A DNA stretch of 37,004 nt from Bugula neritina. Lineage: Eukaryota > Animalia > Bryozoa. The notes under the pieces are model-generated. The model was given only the letters and a program-made list of their open reading frames with translations. It made no database searches and was not told the origin of the DNA. The DNA lies in contig CAXIUT010000169.1 of NCBI GenBank assembly GCA_964035545.1, positions 1 to 37,004 of the forward strand, given 5' to 3'. Within the stretch, counting starts at the first letter, position 1, and each line of letters begins with the position of its first letter. Of this stretch, positions 27,287 to 37,004 are shown in pieces. A program made the position numbers and the translations under genes.

Positions 27287-27387
27287 TTGGGGTTGGGGTT
27301 GGGGTTGGGGTTGGGGTTGGGGTTGGGGTTGGGGTTGGGGTTGGGGTTGGGGTTGGGGTTGGGGTTGGGGTTGGGGTTGGGGTTGGG
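27287..27387. repeat. Internal telomeric array 3 (TTGGGG)n
   Basis: 101 bp of G4T2 ending TTGGG. Confidence 0.97.
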
Positions 27388-27456
27388 TGAACTATAGCCT
27401 TATTGTATTTAGTGTTTAGATTTAGAATAATAACAATTTCTAATTAGAAAAGTAAA

Positions 27457-27544
27457 TGGGGTTGGGGTTGGGGTTGGGGTTGGGGTTGGGGTTGGGGTTG
27501 GGGGTTGGGGTTGGGGTTGGGGTTGGGGTTGGGGTTGGGGTTGG
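27457..27544. repeat. Internal telomeric array 4 (TTGGGG)n
   Basis: 88 bp with one G5 variant at 27500-27504; ends TTGG. Confidence 0.97.
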
Positions 27545-28257
27545 AATTCAATCTCAATAACGAAAGGAAGATATCACTGATCTTCATCATAATCTACAAC
27601 AACATAATTCTTTTAGTGGACAACTTCATTAACAAAAAAACCAAGTATTTAATTGATTATGAAGATTGCTAGTAGAACTCTTGAAGAATTGCAAGGAACT
27701 ACTTCTGATATTAAATAAAATCTAGATCAGTTGTTCCAATATGAAGCTTATTTCCGAGCATAGCAATTTGACAAAAAAAATAATTTTATTCAAAGTTACT
27801 CTCAGGTATAATTTGATTTATTTAGGCTGGTAAAAAGTTTAATGATTCGATACAAGATTATGCTACTCAGAGAATTGATGATTTAGGTAGTAAATTACAA
27901 TCTATTGATACTGCGAATAAAATAAAGACTCAATAAGCTGTAAAGGAATTGAAAGAAGAAGTTATTGCTGAGGAAAGATAAATTTTTAGAAAAGAAAAAG
28001 ATCGATATTGTAAGATACTATAGAAGGTGTCAGAAGACAGCGGCAGATAGATAGATAACTTGAAGTTAGTATTAAAATCTAGTCAGAAACAAAGACAAGA
28101 TAATGAATTGAAACTTAAAACTATGATTGAAGATTTAATATGTGAATTATAAAAGGGGTTTTAGGAGGAAAGAAAGGAAGGATAAATGACTTATGATTCT
28201 TTGTTAAAGCTTCTAGAAGAATGTTGCGATAGAATTCAATAAGCTCAGCTTAGATGA
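27543..28257 (+). CDS. SF-assemblin-like coiled-coil cytoskeletal protein, 5'-truncated
   Basis: Coiled coil ending EERKEGEMTYDSLLKLLEECCDRIQEAQLR; 20-nt introns 27645-27664 and 27806-27825; frame open back to the array (alternative ATG at 27659). Confidence 0.7.
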
Positions 28258-28573
28258 ATGATGACAATATATTTTGAAGATTGAATATTAAAAAATAATT
28301 TTTGATAAAATTGTAAGTGAGAAAATAATTATTTATCATTCCATCTCTTTAAAAATCAAAAATAATTTATCTCCTTTGGGTGTTCTTAATGACTTTTTCT
28401 TTGAAAAAATAATTTGTTGTTCTTAGATATTTAGAGATAAGGTTGAGGATAATTAAACAGTTTATATAAAACAATTACTGATTTTAAATTGATTATTAAT
28501 GTTAGTTTGTTTGTTTGATATGGGGTTTAATAATTTCTTTTCGAATTCGATTTCATATAATCATAATTTCGAA

Positions 28574-29253
28574 ATGGATAAGTAGTTTAAATCAGGAAAT
28601 TTCATTCAAAAGCTAGAGAAGCTTCTCTAAGTAACTTTTATACTATTAAGAATCAACACTATTCGTCTATAATCTCTTGGGACTCAACCAGAACATACAT
28701 AGACATCTTTGATCCGAAAACTTTGCAACTAGAAGTGGCACCTAAATATTTCAGACATTCTAAATTCTAAAGCTTTGTTAGGCAACTAAATCTCTATGGT
28801 TTTAAAAAACTTAAAAATAATGGAAAGCTAAGGTTCACCCATTCTATTCTCCTTGATGGAAAACCGTAACTTATTTCTAATTTAAGACTAAGTTTAATCA
28901 GCAACAGTAAGTTCAGCAAGAATGAAAACAAGACAAATGATCATACTGAACATCATTAAAGCCCTCTTGTTAGGAATTAGGAGCCTAATCAAGGGATAGA
29001 AAAAGAAATTCCAAAAATTTCTAAAGCGGTTAAAGCAGAAGAAGTAAACTAAAAGCCAAAGGAAATAATGAAAGAATAAAGAGAAAATAAATAAATTATG
29101 ATGACACAAATTCAAAATGAAAATATGAGAAATATGATGATGATGAGAAATAGTTATGCTAATTGGTGGGGAATGATGCAGATGATGAGAGGAATACCTC
29201 CAATAAATCCTTTCTTTGGATATAATAGCATGGTAGCACCTTCTTCTAAGTGA
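28574..29253 (+). CDS. HSF-type DNA-binding domain protein
   Basis: FIQKLEKLL..IISW..PKYFRHSKFESFVRQLNLYGFKK; 20-nt intron 28631-28650; Met-rich C-terminus. Confidence 0.92.
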
Positions 29254-29386
29254 GAAAATAATCTTCTATTAAAATGATTTTATTTTCATATTTATGATAT
29301 TTAGAAATATCAATCATATTTATACTTTAAAGCTCTTAGATACAAATTTATTATTTTAAAAGATAAAATATATATTTTGATCGATA

Positions 29387-31843
29387 TCAGCTCATGAAAT
29401 TAATACTTCTTTGACTGCTCAATTCTAATTAACTTTATCCATTCCTTTCTTAGTTTTTATTAAGTAAATCATACTCCTCCATGACTCCTTGACTAATAAT
29501 TTAACAATCAGATTCTGCTTCCTTGAAAAGTCCTTTTTTAAGTTGCTAATACAACCTATCAAGTTTTGTTTTTGATGTAAACTCATTAATACTCATTGTT
29601 TCTGGATTAATAAAGTTAAGAAAATCTTTTTTTCTTTCATATGATTACTTTTTTTGTCTTCTTTCCAAACAATTAAGTTTATGCCTGATAGCTGATTTCT
29701 GAAGTTAAAGATTCTCAGAGCAATCATAAGCTTTTCGATAGTAAGATAGGGCTAAATCATATTAAAGTTCATTTTAAAATTTGATACCCCAATAAATTAA
29801 TTTTACTGCTTTTTTTTAACCATAATTTTTTCTACTTGCTATTTTACATGCTTTATCAGCTCTTTCTAATAATCTATTTTTAAAGTATATTTCAATAGCA
29901 ATGGTTTATTGTTTAATAATCATCAAGAGATGAGCTAATCTTTTTTATATTTCAAAAATATTAAGGCATTATCTTTTTACTTGACTCAGAGTAGGATATT
30001 CTAGACAAATATGTGCGAAATGGTGGATAGCTTCAACTATATATGACTAATCTTATATGAATTAGGATGATATTCTACAAGCTTTTAAGTATTCAATATG
30101 ACATTAAATATAATTAAGATCTTTTTGAAGATCTTTGCATCTATTCTAATTAATCATCATTAGGTAGAGGTTATAATACTTTATTGGTTGATCTTTAAGG
30201 ATACTGTTTTAGTGGTTGATTATAAAGTTGAGAATTCTGTCACTTTTCTTTGATTTAATTCTTTCAAGTTCAACTTTAAGAGAACTACTGAGACCTGATT
30301 GTCTATTTGTTATTTTTTTAAGAAACATAGTAGATCTTATTGTAAAAATAACTAAATTAAAATGTTTCTGTATTTATTATTTATACAATTATGATTAATT
30401 TAGAATTAACAAAAGAGAGTATATTTTGCCCAAGATAGTTATCCATTATTCGAGGAAAGCAGTTTGATCTCTTTTATATTTAGCTTAGAGATTATCATAT
30501 TATTGTAAAAAAGTTGTCGTTATTTTTTAATAGAAATGAGAGAATACTAATCCTTTGATTGAGTTTGGGATGAGAGATCCTTTCTTTTAAGTTTTAATAT
30601 CTCTTAAAATCTTTAACTATTCATCAAAGTAACTGATTTTAGTCATTTAATTTTCTTTTTCTTTTGGAAGCTTTGAAAAATATTTATTTTTGATTTACTA
30701 GATGGTTATATTTTAAATATTTTCGCTGGGCTATCCCATCTCTTGTGTTACTTTTTTCAGTACTGATTTGAAAGCACAGCAAGTATCAATTGATATATTT
30801 TTCCAATTGTTAATAAAATCTTGTGTTATTTCTGAAAAGACATTATTCTTTATTTATTAATTATTTTTGAAAAATTTCATTTCAAAATTTTAAGGACTCT
30901 AATAAAATTATTAATTTTCAAAACTATTCAATTTTGTCCCTATTGTCGATCCTTATATAGTCAATATGACTGATACTCTCTTGTCATTAATAATATCGAA
31001 GGCATCAGAATAATCTTTTTATTCTTTCTATTCTTCTTATTCTTCTTGTTATTTTTCTTCTTTTTATTCTTCTTCTTCATCATCTTGATATGAATGGAAG
31101 ATAAATTGAGGTGTTTTTTTTTATGTAACAAATATTCTATTAAGTTATTTATTATATTCTTAAAGTTCTTTGAATCTTTATTTTCCATATTATATCAAGC
31201 ATCCAACACTGATATATTTCGTTTTATCAGCTACAATAGATACAATGGCTTAAAGCTCAATCATTTTGAGAAATCTTATTTATTCAGTATTTCTAAATGC
31301 TTTTTAACTATTTTATTTGAACATTTTTAATTTTTATGTTGCAGCTTTTAACTGTTAGCCTTGAAGACCTTAATCTTTGATTTATTTGCTCTTTTATTTA
31401 CTTTATTTATCGAGCTTTTGGTTAAATTTATCAACTTTTTAAAGGTCAATAAGATCTTTATGAATTGGTAAAGTTATAATCCTTAAACTATTTGGTTTAT
31501 CATAAATTGAAACACTAGTTGGGGACTATTTTTATTAATATTGATCTGATAAATTGAAAGATATTTTATTTATTAAATTATTTTTCACACTTTATTAAGG
31601 TATAGAATACACATTAGTGTGAATACCTTTAACTGTTTTATCTTTATATTTAATCTTTATGTCATTGTTAAGTAAAAATTTTGAAAAAATATGAATATTA
31701 TTGAGACTTATCTATGATTCCTTTGAATAAACTTCATAAATAATAACAGTTTTGTCAACAGAAGGTAGTTTATTTTGAAGTTATTGAAGTTTATATTGTA
31801 TATTTATTTGTTTCTAAGTCTTATCGCTTAATCTTTCTATCAT
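29387..31843 (-). CDS. Large hypothetical protein with acidic tract and C-terminal TPR-like repeat
   Basis: Single frame free of TGA for about 818 codons; YDLALSYYRKAYD TPR-like helix. Confidence 0.7.
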
Positions 31844-31935
31844 ACTTTTTCTCCTTACTTTATAAATTATAATAATTTCTTATAAAATTGATTTTGTTAA
31901 TTTATCTCAAAATATTAATTAAATAACTAAAGTAA

Positions 31936-32892
31936 TCAAGAAAATAGCTTATCAAATTTCCATATTCCTCTTTATCCAATTTCGTTTAGATAGATGGTAC
32001 CTTATCCATGTCTTTTACCATTCTAAAAGAATCCTTAAAATCTGATGTTTCCTTTACATATTAGTGTCCCTTTTCCTTCGAATTTTCCATTTTTAAACTA
32101 ACCTTTATACTATATTATAGTTGGAGCTATCTTTATCGGCATTTTGGAACAACAGTTTATTAATTTTCCTTTTCCTTCAGGTTTTTTATTAAATACTTAC
32201 CCTTCATAATAAGAATGATCATAAATACAATAAAGGGTAACTTTTAAAGGTGAAATAGATCTTTTTATTTTAGATAAAGATTAAGTAAAAGGAAATTTCG
32301 GAAGATTTTTGAACATTTATTGTCTATTTTTGACTAAATTTTTCGAAGATAAGAAAGGAATCTATTTTTTTAAGGATAGTTATTTCTTTTTCATAGACTA
32401 TTCTTTAAATTACTATGAATTAAAACTTTTTCTTTATGTGGATAATTTTTTATTAGTTGATCTTAAATGATTTTCTTTATATTAAAGAGCTCTTATCTAT
32501 CTGAATTACTTTATTAGATTTGCCTTTAATTTTTTGCTTTTAGACCTTTGAAGTTTAAACTTTTATTAAAAAGTTATCTCTTTCATTCTATTGTTGCTAT
32601 TTTATTATTTATGCATAATAGAAATATTTTGAAGACTATTTTTCTTTGACAAAGTTTCTTTATTGATTTCATAAGAACATTATTCAATAAATTTCATGAT
32701 AGATTGCATTTGTGATGAGAAGTAGGCACAAAATTCCTTTAAAAATTGACTGATTTCCAATTGGTAGTTTTTAAGAGAGTTTAATTATTAAAATATCTTT
32801 CTATTTGATATATTTCTCTTTGTTTTTTAAGATGATAATTATGATTTCATTCTAAAAATTCCCTCCATATTCTTTATTTGTTCTTTAAACAT
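31936..32892 (-). CDS. MORN-repeat protein
   Basis: YYEGEVFNKKPEGKG, YKGEFKNGKFEGKG, FEGFFENGKRHGEG at the C-terminus. Confidence 0.88.
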
Positions 32893-32946
32893 TTGACAGT
32901 TATAAATATGTATTATTTAAAATGAATGAAGGGAAATCATGTAGAA

Positions 32947-33996
32947 TCATCTAACTTTTCTTTTCTTAGAAGGGTTCTTTGAATCAATATGTTTATCTTT
33001 TGAGACATCTTTCTTATCTTTGCTCACTTTTGATGATTTTCCTTTTGAAAGTGATCTGTTAGTTTTTTCTTTAGATGCTGATCGACTTTTATTTCGTTTT
33101 TATCTTTCAGATTTTTTTGGCTTACTTTTGCTTTTTGAAGAACTTCGATTTCTCGATTGTTTGGCTTTTGATTTGCTTTTCTTTTTAGATTTTAAATTTG
33201 TTCCTTTTCCTTTTGATGGACTTTTCTTTTAAACAATTGCTGACTTTTTATCCTTACTTTTACTCTTTGAAATACTTGATCTTTTCTTATTTGAACTTTT
33301 GGATTTAGATTTTGATTTCGATGCCTTTGAAACTTTACTTTTACTTTTTGATGAAGCAGCTGGTCTTCCTCTTTTCATTTTTTTTGAGCGTGAAACAGAT
33401 TTGTTTGATTTCTTTTGAGATTTGCTTTTACTTGAATTTCTTTTTTAATCCTGAGATTTTTTTCTTGATTTTCTAGCACTTCCTGTGCGAGCATTTTTGA
33501 GAAATTACTTTCCTTATTCAACTGTTAAAGCCATTGTACTAGTTTTTCTCAAATGATTTTTTTCTGCACTTTTCTATCTGAGCAAATTATCTCCTTTTTT
33601 AATAGATGAACTTTTTCTTTTTTTGGAGCTAACTTTCTTCTTTTTAGCTTCTGATTCTCTTTTAGATTTTTTTTTATCAGATTTTACTTGAAGGGGGTCT
33701 TTTTTATTGCTTTTTTTGTTGGATTTTTTTGTGCTTTTTGATGAAGATTTTCTTGATTTAGAAGATGATCTCTTTGGACTTTTTCCTTTAGAACCAGATA
33801 AACTCATTTTTTTTGATTTTGACTTTGATCTTCTTGATTTTCTTTTTATTTAATTAAATCCTTCTGGATAGCTACTCTTCAATTTTTAATCTAAATTGAC
33901 TACTTTTGGTATCGATGTATTTTTGAAGACTTCTCCTTCAAGACAAGTCATCTCCATATGAACATGATGACTTTTTCTTTTGCTTTCCTAAGTCAT
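32947..33996 (-). CDS. Highly basic K/S/R-rich protein with AT-hook (linker-histone-like)
   Basis: About 349 aa of SKSKS/KRSSSK-type repeats; MKRGRPA AT-hook near 33361-33378. Confidence 0.75.
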
Positions 33997-34172
33997 TATA
34001 CAAAATAAAATTTTATTTACAATCAATAGAAAAGCGTTAAATTTAATTTAATAACTAAATTATTCAAATTACAATAAAATTAACATGATTGATTATTATT
34101 AATTTTGATCATATTTCTATTGAAATTTTTATTATTATTATTTAGAGTAGTATTTTATTGTAGAAATATTTA

Positions 34173-34935
34173 TCATTTTTCTTTCTTTCTATGACATTCA
34201 ACTACAAATTTGTAATATACGATACTGTCTTTGATATCGGCTGGTTAATCTTCTTTTTAGTCATTTTATTACTCTTTATCTTTTTCTTATTAATCTTTTT
34301 CTAATCCGAAATCAGTAACTTCTTATATAGATATGATTTTAGCTAGACTTGATCCAATTTTTTTGCATATTTAATGAGCTTGTTCTGTTCCCGAAATCAT
34401 TGCTGCTTCTTCACTATCAGCTTCCTAAATAAAGAATGATTAACTTATTTTGGTTTCCATTCAAGAGAATTGATTTTATTAACTCCAATTTTAAGAATAT
34501 TGTCAATAAGCTTGCCAAAATGTTCAGAATCTTTGACTCTAATAAATATTTAATGAGCAACAACAAATCCTTGATTAAGAGATAATTACCTCCAAAAAGT
34601 TATTTTTTCTTAATTATTTAATATTGAGGCTTAATACTATATGGTGATGCATCTACTATTTCTTTGCATTCATCTTTTTGTTTGTCTTTCGCAGTATAAC
34701 TTTTGCAATAAGTATCAACAAGCTCTTAGATAGAATTGATTGTTGATGCTGCATCTTTAATTGTTTCATCAAGACTCTCTCCATCAGCTTTGATAATAGC
34801 ACTAATTTATACAAAATCCAAAGGTTAGTCTATTTCTTCGTCAACATAGAAGGTCACACGAGTGGAAACACCAAAATGAAGGAGAATAATGAAAACTAAA
34901 AGTCCAAGAAGATGTTTTTTAGTTGATAAAGTCAT
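34173..34935 (-). CDS. SIMPL (DUF541)-like domain protein with signal peptide
   Basis: VEISAIIKADG..YSIKPQYE..GFVVAHEIFIRVKD..FGKLIDNILKIGVNKINS; 20-nt introns 34570-34589 and 34425-34444. Confidence 0.7.
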
Positions 34936-35154
34936 GATAATTATTTGTTCGATATATCATAATAAAAAATAAAGGATTTGAAAGATTAAGAATAATAGGT
35001 TTAAAAGAAAATAAATAATTCTTCTATTTACTTTAGATAAAATATTTAAAATTGATTTTGCTTTCGATATTGATTTTATAGAGAATTAATATCTCTCAAA
35101 GAGTTTAAAAGTTATAGAACTTCTATTAATTACAATTTTTCTACAGCTCATACA

Positions 35155-35926
35155 ATGATGAAATCCTTATCTATGACTTGTGATGATAAACGTAAGACCA
35201 GAACTGTCTCTACTTTTCTCAAGAAGACATACTAGCTCTTAAATGTACTTTTTTTACAACTCAGAATGGATAAAACAATGACTCAATAAGATGGGCTCCT
35301 TCTGGTATTGGCTTTGTAATCCTTAATTAGGAATTATTTGCCAAGATTGTACTTCCTAAGTACTTTAAACATAGTAATTACTCTTCTTTTGTGAGGCAGG
35401 TATTTAATATAAGATGCAGTTGAATATGTACAACTTTCATAAAATCCGATAAAACAGTCAAGAAAGTTACTTTCATCATGAATATTTCAATCGTAGTGAT
35501 CGTGATGCGCTTGCAGAAATTAAAAGAAAACCTGAAAAAAAGAAAAAGAAAAATAATGATTCAGATGATGAACCAAGCTAAAGTTGCTCTAAAGATAAAA
35601 AAAATTGTAAAATATTTCGAAATCCGATGACTTATATGCACAAAATGCCTCTACCTGGATCAAGTCATAGTGTTAAAAAAGTTTAAAGCTAAAAAATTAC
35701 TCAGAATATGTTCGAAGAAGAAGGAAACTGTGAAGGTTTGAGATTACCTTTAAGTGAGAGTTCCGATCAATTGTCGATGCAAGTATAAGAGGAGAAAAAT
35801 GGAGTTTAACGTCAGATTCTTCGAGTTCCTACTCGTGAACTTATAGGTGCTAGCAAAAATAATATAATTCCAATGAGTTTAAGCGTTTAAAATGTTCCAA
35901 CTTCAATTCTGAGCATTTTCTACTGA
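35155..35926 (+). CDS. HSF-type DNA-binding domain protein
   Basis: [37 protein letters not shown]..EIKRK; 20-nt introns 35245-35264 and 35400-35419. Confidence 0.94.
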
Positions 35927-35974
35927 TTGATAAGAATTATTTTAAATATGAATCATATTCTAAATTAACATGAA

Positions 35975-36713
35975 TCATCTTTGACAACAGTTCGCCCATC
36001 CATTCTCTCCTTGTTTTTTATTTTTGTCTCCTAACTTAATCTTTTAAGACTATTCACTTTTTTTAACATTTTAGCTATTGACTTCACTATTGACTGTTGA
36101 TGATGACGGAGCTTCTTTCTTCTTATTATGGGATGCTTGTAAATCATCAATAATTCTGTTAAATAAGTCTTAAATGTTGGAATTTGTTTTAGCTGATACT
36201 TCCTGATAGAATTAAGCTTGTTTTTCACTTAGATCTTATGCTAATTTTCTGGTTTCTGAAAGTATTTAGCTTTATAGATCCATTTTGTTTCCAATAACAT
36301 AGACTTTGATATCTTTTTTTCCAGCTTCTCTAATAAAATCAATCCACTTGGGTATGCTTTAGGCTGAAACCATGTCTATATGAGTGAATAGATACTTGCC
36401 AGGTCGAATACAACAAGGGCCATATGTGCATCTTTGAGATAGCTAGGAATCAGACTTTTAAAACGTTATTGACCTGCAGTATCCCAGAGTTGTAGACGAA
36501 TTATTTTTCCATTTGTTGCGATATTTTTACTGATAAAGTCGATGCCTATCGTGGGCTATCTCAATTTAAATATACATTTTTTGTTGGGTCGAACTCATTG
36601 CGAATATATCTTGCGATGATGGAGCTTTTTCCAACATTTTGGTCTCCTACTAGAACTATTTTAAACTTCTGGATAGAGTTTCGATTGCTTGAAAAGCTGA
36701 TGCTATCACTCAT
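35975..36713 (-). CDS. Rab GTPase, Rab6-like
   Basis: GDQNVGKS, PTIGIDF, WDTAGQERFKSLIPSY, GNKMD, EVSAK, C-terminal CCQR; 20-nt introns 36556-36575 and 36376-36395. Confidence 0.93.
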
Positions 36714-36915
36714 CTATTTATAATACCTCAAAATAATTACAATGGATTCTTTTTTAAATAATCAGAATATACCTTTATTTCAAATATCGATTTTATTACT
36801 TTAAACTGATTTCTTTTAAAATAAATTCATCATCTAGTTTATGAATAACTAGAATTCGATTTAATTTAATATTTATTTAAACAAATAAGTAATCGATTAT
36901 GAATCATCATGGACT

Positions 36916-37004
36916 TTGGGGTTGGGGTTGGGGTTGGGGTTGGGGTTGGGGTTGGGGTTGGGGTTGGGGTTGGGGTTGGGGTTGGGGTTGGGGTTGGGGT
37001 TGGG
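36916..37004. repeat. Right telomere (TTGGGG)n
   Basis: 89 bp of G4T2 to the window end, ending TTGGG. Confidence 0.98.

Noticed and set aside
27500-27504. G5 variant telomeric repeat
   Set aside because: Single occurrence inside an array; cannot be told apart from a homopolymer sequencing error
27287-27544. Repeat-spacer-repeat resembling a CRISPR array or a telomere-bearing transposon end
   Set aside because: The repeats are simple telomeric hexamers in direct orientation; no cas genes, transposase, inverted termini or target-site duplication
28866-28886. Possible 21-nt intron in the first HSF gene
   Set aside because: The unspliced frame reads GKPELISNL, matching the end of the HSF domain, so no intron is needed

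Overview
AT-rich ciliate macronuclear DNA running from a 5' (CCCCAA)n telomere to a 3' (TTGGGG)n telomere. The supplied ORF track is misleading because TAA and TAG are sense codons here. Invariant motifs (Rab WDTAGQ-E-RF, peroxiredoxin CPT-E-I, DEAD-box GF-E-PQ, Prp5 E-IND) show both encode Glu, with TGA as the only stop (peritrich-type code, NCBI table 30). Re-read by hand in that code, the window holds about 26 tightly packed genes with intergenic gaps often 30-130 bp. They are interrupted by about 36 GT-AG introns, 29 of which are exactly 20 nt. Bases 1-14028 form a complete telomere-to-telomere 14-kb, 9-gene chromosome. Four internal telomere arrays (76-111 bp) all lie in G-strand orientation, mostly end in the same ...TTGGG register as the window ends, and three run directly into 5'-truncated genes. 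The window is therefore a polar concatemer of chromosome ends, either an amplification/template-switch chimera or real telomere-to-body fusion, and points to a heavily fragmented peritrich-type macronuclear genome. Gene models are manual and product calls come from recalled motifs, not database searches.
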